Origin: Candidatus Omnitrophota bacterium | Lineage (GTDB): Bacteria > Omnitrophota > Gorgyraeia > Zapsychrales > Zapsychraceae | DNA: 64,000 bases | Direction of reading: 5' to 3' | Assembly (NCBI GenBank): GCA_029261065.1 | Contig: JAJDCB010000012.1 | Location: 13,430 to 77,429 of the forward strand | In this document: positions 18,880-27,804 of the stretch, in pieces | How positions within the stretch are numbered: position 1 is the stretch's first letter | How the letters are laid out: each line of letters begins with the position of its first letter | Program-made: the position numbers and the translations under genes | The notes under the pieces: generated by a model | Database searches by the model: none | What the model was told of the DNA's origin: nothing | The model's input: the letters and a program-made list of their open reading frames with translations, nothing else

Positions 18880-20806
18880 ATTCTCGTTCTATTTTAGGCA
18901 TACCAAATAATTCGCGGACCTCTTCTATGTCCATTACTTCTTTTTCAATTAAGCGGGAAGATAATAAATCAAGTTGATCTCTGTTATCCGTTAATAGCTT
19001 TTTACATCGTTTATAACATTGATTAACGATGCTGCGTACCTCTTCATCAATACTTTTAGCTGTCTCCTCGCTGTAATCTTTATTTTCCATAAGATCACGC
19101 CCCAAGAAGCGTTGATTCTCACTTTGTCCGTAGGCGAGCGTTCCAAGTTTCTCGCTCATACCATAAACACAAACCATGCTGCGTGCAATTTGTGTTACTT
19201 TTTGTAAGTCGTTAGATACACCCGTGGATGTGTCATTCACATAAAGTTCTTCAGCCACAAGTCCACCTAGGAGAACAACCATTCGGCCTAGCAATTCTTT
19301 TTTATTAAGATAATGTTTGTCTTCTGTTGGCGGCGTTAGGGTATAACCTCCTGCCATGCCGCGGGGTATGATGGAAACTTTTGTAAAGGTGTCAACCTCA
19401 TCAAGAAGCAGTGATAACATCGCGTGACCGGCTTCATGATAAGCTGTCATCTCTTTTTCTTTTTTTGATGTGGTTCTACTTTTTTTCTCAGGACCCATCG
19501 TGACACGCTCGACAGCATCATGAAATTCTTGCATACCTACAGAATCTTTGTTTTTTCGTGCAGCTAAAAGGGCGGCTTCATTGCAGACGTTTGCTAAGTC
19601 CGCTCCTGAGAAATAAACGGTTTGCTGAGCAATACGACGATAATTAACATCTTTAGCTACTTTCAATTTTCGAGAATGGACTTTTAAAATGCCTTCACGA
19701 CCATTGATATCAGGAAGGCCAACAACAATTTGACGATCAAATCGACCGGGACGTAAAAGAGCTGGATCTAACGTGTCTGGTCTGTTTGTTGCGGCAATAA
19801 GAATGAGACCGCCTTGCGTATTAAAACCATCCATCTCAACAAGTAAAGCGTTAAGGGTTTGCTCCCTCTCATCGTTACCACCACCAATACCAGCAAAGCG
19901 TAAGCGTCCGACAGCATCAATTTCATCAATAAAAATAATAGAGCCTTTGCCGGAGGCTTTGGAAGCTTTTCGTCCTTGTTCAAATAGATCGCGTACGCGT
20001 GAAGCACCAACACCGACAAACATCTCAACAAAATCAGATCCACTTAAAGAAAAAAATGGAACGCCAGCCTCACCTGCTACGGCTTTAGCTAACAACGTTT
20101 TTCCTGTTCCAGGAGGTCCAATAAGTAAAACACCTTTTGGGATCTTCCCTCCTAGTCTCTCAAACTTTTTAGGTTCCTTTAAAAATTCGATTACCTCTTG
20201 TAACTCTTCTTTCGCCTCATCAACACCTGAAACATCTTTAAAGGTTGCTTTGTGACTTTCTTTACCTGTGACTTTGGCACGAGATTTACCGAAATTCCAA
20301 ATTTTGTTACCGACTTGACTGCCGCGGTAGGAGATTAACCAAATAAATAAAATGAATAATAGAAATGGGCCAAAGGAAAATAATAATTGGCTCCAAAATG
20401 TTTGGGAGGGTGTTACTTTAAAATCTTTAACATTGTTTCTTATAAGCTTAAGTAAGTCTTCATCAGATAGGGATCCTGATCGAGGAATAAAGACACGAAA
20501 TGTAGGCCGATTAGGGTCAGAGTAAGTTCCTTTAATGACAACCTCAGCACCTTCTACAAGTTCAAGGCTTGTAATGGCCCCTGTTTCATTGTTAACAACT
20601 AATTGTTGATAGAAAGTGTTGTAATCGAGCACCTCTTGAGACGCCATGGGGGCGATGTTATTAGATTGGCTTAGCAGAATGACAAGACCAAAGCCTAGTG
20701 CGATAAAAAACCACCAATTGTTATTAGGCTGATCTTTTCGATTTTTAGGCGGCGTGCCTCTTTGATGCCGTCTTAAATTTTTGTTGGGTGGAGTCGAATT
20801 AGACAT
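18815..20806 (-). CDS. ftsH: ATP-dependent zinc metalloprotease FtsH
   Basis: Walker [12 protein letters not shown] motif. HEAGH zinc site. Two N-terminal TM helices. Confidence 0.95.
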   Translation of the reverse strand: MSNSTPPNKNLRRHQRGTPPKNRKDQPNNNWWFFIALGFGLVILLSQSNNIAPMASQEVLDYNTFYQQLVVNNETGAITSLELVEGAEVVIKGTYSDPNRPTFRVFIPRSGSLSDEDLLKLIRNNVKDFKVTPSQTFWSQLLFSFGPFLLFILFIWLISYRGSQVGNKIWNFGKSRAKVTGKESHKATFKDVSGVDEAKEELQEVIEFLKEPKKFERLGGKIPKGVLLIGPPGTGKTLLAKAVAGEAGVPFFSLSGSDFVEMFVGVGASRVRDLFEQGRKASKASGKGSIIFIDEIDAVGRLRFAGIGGGNDEREQTLNALLVEMDGFNTQGGLILIAATNRPDTLDPALLRPGRFDRQIVVGLPDINGREGILKVHSRKLKVAKDVNYRRIAQQTVYFSGADLANVCNEAALLAARKNKDSVGMQEFHDAVERVTMGPEKKSRTTSKKEKEMTAYHEAGHAMLSLLLDEVDTFTKVSIIPRGMAGGYTLTPPTEDKHYLNKKELLGRMVVLLGGLVAEELYVNDTSTGVSNDLQKVTQIARSMVCVYGMSEKLGTLAYGQSENQRFLGRDLMENKDYSEETAKSIDEEVRSIVNQCYKRCKKLLTDNRDQLDLLSSRLIEKEVMDIEEVRELFGMPKIEREFETPKEDNETEKPKDGTEASS

Positions 20807-20932
20807 TTATTTTGTGACCTTTCTTATATAACAGAAAATTAAGAGTAATTATTTATATATTTAGGAATTAGACATTTTTTAATCTTAGAATCCCTCAATT
20901 ATAACGAATTTGTCTATATAAGCAAGGATTAG

Positions 20933-21931
20933 TTAAGGTGTGTAGCGCTCAATAACAATTTCGTCTATATTCTTTTTAATAGAGATTCCTTTAGGTAGCG
21001 CGGGAGGCTTTTTCTTATTCTTATCATGGATAAAAGTACCTATTTCTTGGCTATGTCTAAACGTGAATTTGTTGGTATTTCCATTGATGCTCTCTATCAT
21101 CTTGCGAATCAGAAGGTTCTGAATAGCCATAGGTTGACGTAGATAGACTTTAGATTTGATGACAAATCGTGTCGTTTTTGAGTTACTTTGCGCATATTTA
21201 TTTAAGAGCTTTTGAGTCTGTTTCTCAAGATAATCATAATCAACACTTGATTGATGGGATAATTGGCAGAGAAGCTCTTTGATGTTGGCATTATATTCTT
21301 TTTCTAGTAGGGGCATTAATTTTAAACGAACTTTATTGCGCATAAATTGACTAGATTTATTAGTGGGATCTTCGCGATAGGCAATATTTTTTGTCTTTAA
21401 ATATTTGAGAATTTCGGTTTTGGAGGTGCTCAGAAAGGGCCGGATATCTCTGGTTTCGTGAAGGGATTTAATGGGTCTTATGGCTCGAAGCCCCTGTAGG
21501 CCAGATCCCCTTAAGATGCGCATCAGTACAGTTTCTGCTAAGTCATCCTTTGTATGTGCTAAGGCGATTGATTCAGCTTTTTCTTTTTTAAGAAGAGCGT
21601 TAAAAAAAGAAATGCGTGCCTTTCTGGCTCGTTCCTCTAAAGATCCTTTTTGGTTCTGTTGAGATTTGGGCCATATTTTTGTCGTGATGGGCAATGATAG
21701 CAATTTTGCCTGTTTTTCTACAAAAGTTTGATCTGCTTTAGATCCTTTTCGTAAATTGTGGTTAAAATGAGCCACATGTAATTTGACACCAAGTTTATAT
21801 TTGAGCTCATTGAGAACATGCAATAAAGCGATGGAATCCCCTCCACCTGAGACACCAATGATGATGGTCTCGCCATGAGATATGAGTTTTTGTGATGTGA
21901 TGGTCGCTAAGATTGAGTTTGGTAGTGACAT
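20933..21931 (-). CDS. tilS: tRNA(Ile)-lysidine synthetase
   Basis: PP-loop GVSGGGDSIALL. Length 332 aa. Confidence 0.85.
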   Translation of the reverse strand: MSLPNSILATITSQKLISHGETIIIGVSGGGDSIALLHVLNELKYKLGVKLHVAHFNHNLRKGSKADQTFVEKQAKLLSLPITTKIWPKSQQNQKGSLEERARKARISFFNALLKKEKAESIALAHTKDDLAETVLMRILRGSGLQGLRAIRPIKSLHETRDIRPFLSTSKTEILKYLKTKNIAYREDPTNKSSQFMRNKVRLKLMPLLEKEYNANIKELLCQLSHQSSVDYDYLEKQTQKLLNKYAQSNSKTTRFVIKSKVYLRQPMAIQNLLIRKMIESINGNTNKFTFRHSQEIGTFIHDKNKKKPPALPKGISIKKNIDEIVIERYTP

Positions 21932-21945
21932 CTTAAAGGTCGGGG

Positions 21946-22506
21946 TTAATATTCACCTTGTAAACCCCTCTTCTCTCGTCGGGCTTCTTGGTAGGCTTGT
22001 CTTAACTGATCAGCATACTTTGTGTTGGGTTGAACGATGTGAAGATTGGCGTATCCTTGGCGTAGGATTTCAGCATTAATGAGAGTGTCTTCTTCCGTAA
22101 AGAAAACATAGGCGATGGGAATAAAATTTTCGTTTTGTTTCTCAGCATCAAATTCAAGACGAACATGTTTGCCTTTTAGGTAATTATTTGTAAATTCAAA
22201 GGCCTTCTCTTCAATCGAAGTATAAGGCGTTACCTTCTTTTTTACTTCAAAACCATATTCACTGCGTTGTACTTTTTCTTTTTTAGGGGCTTCTGGAGCT
22301 TTTAGGCCGATTAATTTTATCTTCTCTCCATTCTTAAAGTTATTTTCGATAATAATGGTATCAGCACTAATAACTTCTTGAACGATAACATCTTTGTATT
22401 TATTATCTGTTTTGAAGAAAAAATCAAAATTGCTTTCCGCGTATCCATAGTTACTTGCGGATAATAGGATAACAATAGTTAAAATTTTTAATCTTAAAAT
22501 TGTCAT
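21946..22506 (-). CDS. secreted thermonuclease (SNase)-like OB-fold protein
   Basis: Signal peptide. VISADTIIIE...IKLIGLKAPEA and ...NAEILRQGYA match the SNase pattern V.DGDT...R.IDAPE ... G.A. Confidence 0.5.
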   Translation of the reverse strand: MTILRLKILTIVILLSASNYGYAESNFDFFFKTDNKYKDVIVQEVISADTIIIENNFKNGEKIKLIGLKAPEAPKKEKVQRSEYGFEVKKKVTPYTSIEEKAFEFTNNYLKGKHVRLEFDAEKQNENFIPIAYVFFTEEDTLINAEILRQGYANLHIVQPNTKYADQLRQAYQEARREKRGLQGEY

Positions 22507-22522
22507 GGGAGGAGAAGATTAA

Positions 22523-22599
22523 TGGTAGCGGAGAGTGGAATCGAACCACTGACAACACGGGTATGAGCCGTGCGCTCTAACCATCTGAGCTACTCCGCC
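22523..22599 (-). tRNA. tRNA with CAU anticodon (elongator tRNA-Met or tRNA-Ile2/lysidine; not initiator type)
   Basis: Manual fold of the reverse complement GGCGGAGTAGCTCAGATGGTTAGAGCGCACGGCTCATACCCGTGTTGTCAGTGGTTCGATTCCACTCTCCGCTACCA. Acceptor 7 bp (G1-U72 wobble), D stem GCTC/GAGC, anticodon stem CACGG/CCGTG with loop CUCAUAC, T stem AGTGG/CCACT, T loop TTCGATT, encoded CCA. Lacks the GGG/CCC anticodon stem of initiators. Confidence 0.9.
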
Positions 22600-22700
22600 A
22601 AAATTAATAGTAAATAAATTAAAAATCGTGTGATTTTACGTTAAAGTGCTAGAAACTTCAAGCCTTTTTTTGGTATGGGGTAGAAAAAGAGTTGAAACTT

Positions 22701-23012
22701 TTAAGTAAACATAATGATGTATAAAAGCATAATAATAGCTGAAAAAGATAAGAGATAGAAGTCGTTGAAATAAAAGAAGTCCTTTACTTTCTCAGCGGAA
22801 GAATAGTCGATCTGTGCATTTTCTTGAGTAACTTTACCCGTATTTCGCAAATTTAACACTTCCGCTTTTTTAAGTCTTAAAAATTTGTCAGCAATTCTGT
22901 AGGCTTGCAGTTTTCTTTCTTCAATCAAATCCATGACTTTTTTTTCTGTGGTCGCTAGAATTTGAGCTGTTTCTCGGACAGATATATATTGGTTGGTTGT
23001 CATTGTAGCCAT
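22701..23012 (-). CDS. excisionase/MerR-type HTH (HTH_17) DNA-binding domain protein with C-terminal TM anchor
   Basis: N-terminal YISVRETAQILATTEKKVMDLIEERKLQAYRIADKFLRLKKAEV matches excisionase-family HTH. C-terminal hydrophobic segment LLSFSAIIMLLYIIMF. Confidence 0.5.
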   Translation of the reverse strand: MATMTTNQYISVRETAQILATTEKKVMDLIEERKLQAYRIADKFLRLKKAEVLNLRNTGKVTQENAQIDYSSAEKVKDFFYFNDFYLLSFSAIIMLLYIIMFT

Positions 23013-23040
23013 ATTTTATTTGTCATCATCAGCGTTTATA

Positions 23041-23586
23041 TTAATCCATTTCACCCGTTGAGGCCCAACTATCAATTTTACTGCGTTCAAATTTCCAATC
23101 GCTCCCATTTCGTGTGGCAGGTATCTTTCCTGTTTGGGCTAATTTTTCAATCTCATTTAAATCAATTTCTAAATATTTGGAAACCTCACCCATGTTTAAA
23201 AATCCTTCGGTCATTAAACAATGTCCTTGAAAAAGGGCCCCTTCAACAATGTTTAGTTTGGGTGTAGATATATCGCCTTTAAGGACGGCGGTAGGCATTA
23301 AAACTAACATTTTATTGGCGTTGATGTTTCCCTTTACGTTACCAGCAATAACAATATTATCTCCAGAGATGTCGGCTTCAACCTTAGCGGTATTCCCAAT
23401 AGTAAGCGTTCCTTTTGTATCGAGGCTACCATTAAATTGACCATTAATTTTTAAGTTAACGGGATCACTAAAAGTTAAAGAGCCTTGCATCTGAGCATTA
23501 ATTTCAACACTTTTATTATCTTGTTCCTCGTTTTGTGTCTTTCGAGTACGCAATGCCATTTTTTCTCCTCCCTGCTTACGGAACAT
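23041..23586 (-). CDS. bactofilin-domain protein fused to a C-terminal excisionase-type HTH domain
   Basis: Beta-helical bactofilin repeats (GSLTFSDPVNLKINGQFNGSLDTKGTLTIGNTAKVEADISGDNIVIAGNVKGNINA...). C-terminus YLEIDLNEIEKLAQTGKIPATRNGSDWKFERSKIDSW resembles HTH_17. Confidence 0.65.
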   Translation of the reverse strand: MFRKQGGEKMALRTRKTQNEEQDNKSVEINAQMQGSLTFSDPVNLKINGQFNGSLDTKGTLTIGNTAKVEADISGDNIVIAGNVKGNINANKMLVLMPTAVLKGDISTPKLNIVEGALFQGHCLMTEGFLNMGEVSKYLEIDLNEIEKLAQTGKIPATRNGSDWKFERSKIDSWASTGEMD

Positions 23587-24052
23587 TTTTAAATTTTTCT
23601 CCTAATTTTTGTTCAATAGAGCGGACACCAATTAAAACAAAAAAAACGGCAATAGAAACAATGACAGACGCTGCATAATTACCTGCTCCTACAGCAATGC
23701 CAACCCCAGAGACAATCCAAAGTGTTGCTGCTGAGGTTAATCCAGAAACCTGGGATCCTGCGCGAATAATGGTGCCAGCACATAAAAAGCCTATGCCGGT
23801 AACAATTCCTGTAATCATACGGGTTGGATCTATAAAGGTTTCATCTTTGTATATATCAAATAAATGTAAGGAAGTCAATACAATCAAGGTCGAACCTACA
23901 CCAACAAGAATATGTGTGCGTAATCCTGCTACTTTTTGTCGAATTTCTCGTTCAACACCAATAAAGGCGCTTAAAAAAATGGATAAGAATATTTTAAATA
24001 TAACTTCCCAGAGATTTTCAGGCATTTTTTCGGGTTCTCCTTTGTTCGGCAT
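23576..24052 (-). CDS. mgtC: MgtC/SapB family membrane protein
   Basis: IGVEREIRQKVAGLRTHILVGVGSTLI motif of the MgtC family. 4-5 TM helices. Confidence 0.75.
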   Translation of the reverse strand: MPNKGEPEKMPENLWEVIFKIFLSIFLSAFIGVEREIRQKVAGLRTHILVGVGSTLIVLTSLHLFDIYKDETFIDPTRMITGIVTGIGFLCAGTIIRAGSQVSGLTSAATLWIVSGVGIAVGAGNYAASVIVSIAVFFVLIGVRSIEQKLGEKFKNVP

Positions 24053-24998
24053 GAAACCCCAAGCCGGCTATCATAGCAGCATTATCGATACAAAGAGACA
24101 TGGGTGGAAAATGGACAGAAATGTCATGTTTTAGAGCTGCTTGATTGAGTTGTTTTCTTAAATCAGAATTTGCAGCAACGCCTCCTCCAACCAACAACGT
24201 TTGCGTTTTCATCTTGAGGCATGCCGCAATGGCTTTTTTTACTAAAATGGAGACAACACTTTTCTGAAAGGAAAATGAGATTTTTGCCTTTGTATCTTTA
24301 CTTAGTGGTGCGTGATCATTTTTGTAATAAAGAACAGCTGTTTTAATACCACTAAAGCTAAAATCCAATGTATCGGTTAATGGTGCACAAGTAAAGGAGA
24401 TATCTGATTTTCTTTTCTGTTGTGCCAATTTATCAATAATTGGTCCTCCCGGATAACCTAAATCAAGAATTCTTCCAACCTTATCATAAGCCTCTCCAAC
24501 AGCATCATCTCGTGTTTGGCCGATGAGTTTAAAGGTGTTAACATTCTTTACATGAAAAAGACTTGTATGTCCTCCAGAAACAACTAAGCCTACCGCTGGC
24601 AATTGAGGAGTTTTGTGATTTTCATCTTTAGTTCTAAGAAAGTTGGCATAAAGATGGGCCTTAATATGGTCGACTTCAATTAGAGGTTTGTTAAGGGCAG
24701 CTGCGATAGCTTTGCTAAATGATAATCCAACGAGTAAAGAACCAATGAGTCCTGGATGAGATGTAACGGCAATGCTATTAATGCGGGATAACGGGATTTT
24801 AGCTTCATCTAAAGCGCAGTGCAGGACATCATTGATATATTGAAGCTGACGGCGTGATGCGATTTCTGGAATAACGCCACCATATTTTTTATGTTGAGAA
24901 AGTGATGAAACAACGATGTTGGATCTAATGGTTTTACCATTAGTGACCACAGCTGCGGATGTTTCATCACATGAAGTTTCGATTCCTAAAACATGCAT
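24018..24998 (-). CDS. tsaD: tRNA N6-adenosine threonylcarbamoyltransferase
   Basis: MHVLGIETSCDETSAAVV N-terminus. Kae1/Gcp family. 326 aa. Confidence 0.9.
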   Translation of the reverse strand: MHVLGIETSCDETSAAVVTNGKTIRSNIVVSSLSQHKKYGGVIPEIASRRQLQYINDVLHCALDEAKIPLSRINSIAVTSHPGLIGSLLVGLSFSKAIAAALNKPLIEVDHIKAHLYANFLRTKDENHKTPQLPAVGLVVSGGHTSLFHVKNVNTFKLIGQTRDDAVGEAYDKVGRILDLGYPGGPIIDKLAQQKRKSDISFTCAPLTDTLDFSFSGIKTAVLYYKNDHAPLSKDTKAKISFSFQKSVVSILVKKAIAACLKMKTQTLLVGGGVAANSDLRKQLNQAALKHDISVHFPPMSLCIDNAAMIAGLGFHAEQRRTRKNA

Positions 24999-25004
24999 AG
25001 AGCA

Positions 25005-26375
25005 TTAAAGCGTCACAGCCTCATCTTTGCTTTCTTCTGGAGCGCTTGTCCCATTAAAGTTTGAAAATACACGAATACCTTTTAAAACGCTAATAGCGCT
25101 TTGAACTTGATTATCACCAAGTAGTCTTTCTTTTGACTCTTTTAACTTTTTCTCTTCGTCTGTTAATTCTATTTCTTTATCGTCTTTTAGTTTTTCATTT
25201 TCAAAGACTTCTTCAATTTTCTCAGCCTTCTCATCTTTCTCTTCTTTTTTAGGAAGGAAACGTTTGACAATAATATCTGGAGTAATACCTGTGCCATGAA
25301 TAGAAACTCCAGAAGGTGTAAAATATTTACTGGTAGTAAGTCTAAGTCCAGAACCATCAGGTAAAGGAATTACAGATTGAACAGATCCTTTTCCAAACGA
25401 TTGGGCTCCTAATATAATAGCTCTTTTATTATCTTTTAGGGCTCCGGCAAAAATTTCACTTCCCGAAGCACTTCCCTCATTAATCAAAACAACAACAGGC
25501 CAATCGATAAGGTGATTGCTGTTTGTTGATTTTGTGACATTGTCTTGAGCGGAACGTCGGCCTTTGGTTGATACTATCGTTTGCCCATCGGGAATAAATT
25601 CTTCTGTGATTTTGATAGCCACATTTAATAAGCCACCAGGGTTATTTCGTAAATCAACAATAAGACTATTGGCATCTTGTTTAATGAGATCATCAAGGGC
25701 CTTACGAAATTCTTTGGCGGAATCTTCTCGAAATTCTGTAAGGCGAATGTAACCAATGCCCTCTTCTAGAATTTGAGTATCTTTAACATCTTGGATATGA
25801 ATAATTTCTCGGACGATGGTGAATTCTAAAATTTTAATATCCTCTTCACGTAAAACTGTAATATTAATAGGCGCGCCAGGTTTCCCACGAAGTTTTTTAA
25901 CAGCATCACCTAAGGTAATATCTTTGGTTAACTCATCTTCAATTTTAACAATCCTATCGCCTGATTTTAAACCAGCTTCCCAAGCGGGGGTTCCTTCAAT
26001 AGGGGTTATGATGGTTAATAAACCATCTCGAATAGAAATCTCTATTCCTAAACCACCAAAACGGCCTTGCGTTTCTGTTTTTAATTCTTTGTATTCTTCT
26101 GGATCGAGAAATTGACTGTGAGGATCGAGTGTAGCTAACATGCCTTTTAAAGATCCATATATAAGATCCTTAGGGGATAATTCATCAACATAATCAGCTT
26201 GAATAGTTGTTAGTGTGTAGCTGTATAATTCGATTTGAGAATATAGATCATCTTTTGTTTTACGATCAATTTGTGAAATAGCCAACGTCGTAACGGATAA
26301 AAAGGCTAATAGAGTTGAAAAGGCAATAAAGTATTGTTTACGCATGAAGAAGCCTCCTTTTGATAATATCTCCAA
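25005..26375 (-). CDS. ctpA: carboxyl-terminal processing (S41) protease with PDZ domain
   Basis: N-terminal TM/signal. PDZ (GLKSGDRIVKIEDE). S41 catalytic region GSASGSEIFAGALKD. Confidence 0.85.
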   Translation of the reverse strand: MEILSKGGFFMRKQYFIAFSTLLAFLSVTTLAISQIDRKTKDDLYSQIELYSYTLTTIQADYVDELSPKDLIYGSLKGMLATLDPHSQFLDPEEYKELKTETQGRFGGLGIEISIRDGLLTIITPIEGTPAWEAGLKSGDRIVKIEDELTKDITLGDAVKKLRGKPGAPINITVLREEDIKILEFTIVREIIHIQDVKDTQILEEGIGYIRLTEFREDSAKEFRKALDDLIKQDANSLIVDLRNNPGGLLNVAIKITEEFIPDGQTIVSTKGRRSAQDNVTKSTNSNHLIDWPVVVLINEGSASGSEIFAGALKDNKRAIILGAQSFGKGSVQSVIPLPDGSGLRLTTSKYFTPSGVSIHGTGITPDIIVKRFLPKKEEKDEKAEKIEEVFENEKLKDDKEIELTDEEKKLKESKERLLGDNQVQSAISVLKGIRVFSNFNGTSAPEESKDEAVTL

Positions 26376-27792
26376 TCTTTTTAGGATTGGCTTTACCTTG
26401 TGTTTTGCGCATCGCTTGTCCTACAAGAAAACCGATGGCACTTTCTTTACCTTCTTTAATTTGAGTGACTATAGTTTGATGTTCTTGAATTAATTCATCC
26501 ACTATTTTGTCTAATGTACCATCATCAGAGACTTGAGCCAATCCTTTTTCTTTAATAATTGTATCAGCGCTTTGACCAGAATCAATCATCAATCCTAAAA
26601 CATCTTTGGCTGCTAAATTGTTGATGACACCTGAATCAAGTTGATCCATCAGCTGTGTTAAATTTTCTGGTTTTAAAGAAATATTGGCGATTTTTGTTTT
26701 TCGGCTATTGAGTTCTGTAAGAACTTGCCCGTTAATCCAATTGCATATTTTTTTAGTATCTTTATATGTCTTTGTACACTCTTCAAAAAAGCGGCTTAGT
26801 TCTGGATCTTGAATAAGGATGCGTGCATCATAGTCGGAGATTGCGTAATCTTTAACAAGTCTTTCGCGTTTTTCTTGGGGGCCTTCAACAATAGTTTTTG
26901 CTATCTCATCGATAACAGAGGCCTCTATGGTAAAAGGAACAAGATCTGGTTCTGGGAAGTATTTATAATCATGAGCCTCTTCTTTACTTCGCATCGATTG
27001 AGAAATGAGTTTGTTTTCATCCCAAAGCCTTGTCTCTTGAATAATTTTTTCACCGGCCTCTAAAACACTTTTTTGACGTTTGACTTCGTATTCGATAGAA
27101 GCTTTCACGGCTTTAAAAGAGTTAAGGTTTTTAAGTTCCGTCTTAGTCCCTAGCTCAGTCTCTCCAACAGGACGAATTGAGACATTCGCATCACAACGTA
27201 AGCTCCCCTTCTCCATATCACAATCAGAAACATTACAATATTGAAGCGTTAATTTAAGCGTTTGAAGATAATCGTAAGCTTCTTGGGCGCTGCGTAATTC
27301 TGGTTCACTTACGATTTCTAAAAGGGGTGTGCCTGTTCGATTATAATCAACAAGACTAGCATTAGAGGCATTATCGTGGATCAGTTTTCCTGCATCTTCT
27401 TCCATGTGCGCGCGCGTAATGTTAATGCGTTTAAAATTATTTTCTCCAATAGGGATCATAATATGACCGTCACTTGCGATAGGATGATCAAATTGAGATA
27501 TTTGGTATCCTTTGGGAAGATCGGGATAGTAGTAGTTTTTACGATCGAATTTAATAAAGGAATTAACCGAAAAATTTAAGGCTATGGCAACTTTAATAGA
27601 ATAATCGAGGACTTGTTTGTTTAAGACAGGTAATGTTCCTGGCAAACCTAAACATACAGGACAGGTTTGAGTATTTGGAGCTTTTCCAAAGACAATCGCG
27701 CAACCGCAAAATATTTTTGTTTTGGTGGATAATTGAAGGTGAACTTCAAGGCCGATGACTGTTTCGTATTGTTGTTGTGTCGTTTCTGTCAT
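26338..27792 (-). CDS. gatB: Asp-tRNA(Asn)/Glu-tRNA(Gln) amidotransferase subunit B
   Basis: YETVIGLEVHLQL N-terminus. C-terminal GatB/YqeY domain. Confidence 0.95.
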   Translation of the reverse strand: MTETTQQQYETVIGLEVHLQLSTKTKIFCGCAIVFGKAPNTQTCPVCLGLPGTLPVLNKQVLDYSIKVAIALNFSVNSFIKFDRKNYYYPDLPKGYQISQFDHPIASDGHIMIPIGENNFKRINITRAHMEEDAGKLIHDNASNASLVDYNRTGTPLLEIVSEPELRSAQEAYDYLQTLKLTLQYCNVSDCDMEKGSLRCDANVSIRPVGETELGTKTELKNLNSFKAVKASIEYEVKRQKSVLEAGEKIIQETRLWDENKLISQSMRSKEEAHDYKYFPEPDLVPFTIEASVIDEIAKTIVEGPQEKRERLVKDYAISDYDARILIQDPELSRFFEECTKTYKDTKKICNWINGQVLTELNSRKTKIANISLKPENLTQLMDQLDSGVINNLAAKDVLGLMIDSGQSADTIIKEKGLAQVSDDGTLDKIVDELIQEHQTIVTQIKEGKESAIGFLVGQAMRKTQGKANPKKIGDIIKRRLLHA

Positions 27793-27804
27793 GTCTTTAA
27801 TTAT

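Noticed and set aside
19773-20255. 160-aa plus-strand ORF
   Set aside because: Lies entirely antisense to ftsH, which has unambiguous motifs on the other strand. Pro/Ser-rich low-complexity translation typical of a shadow ORF.
22523-22599. Initiator tRNA-fMet assignment
   Set aside because: Lacks the C1xA72 mismatch and the three consecutive G-C pairs (29-31:39-41) of bacterial initiators. The anticodon stem is CACGG/CCGTG.
22523-23586. Possible integrative element (tRNA gene next to two excisionase-type HTH proteins)
   Set aside because: The tRNA-plus-excisionase-like-domain combination first suggested a prophage or genomic-island boundary. There is no integrase, no phage genes and no direct repeat of the tRNA 3' end, and the HTH domains are fused to bactofilin and TM modules. 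Interpreted as a chromosomal operon instead.
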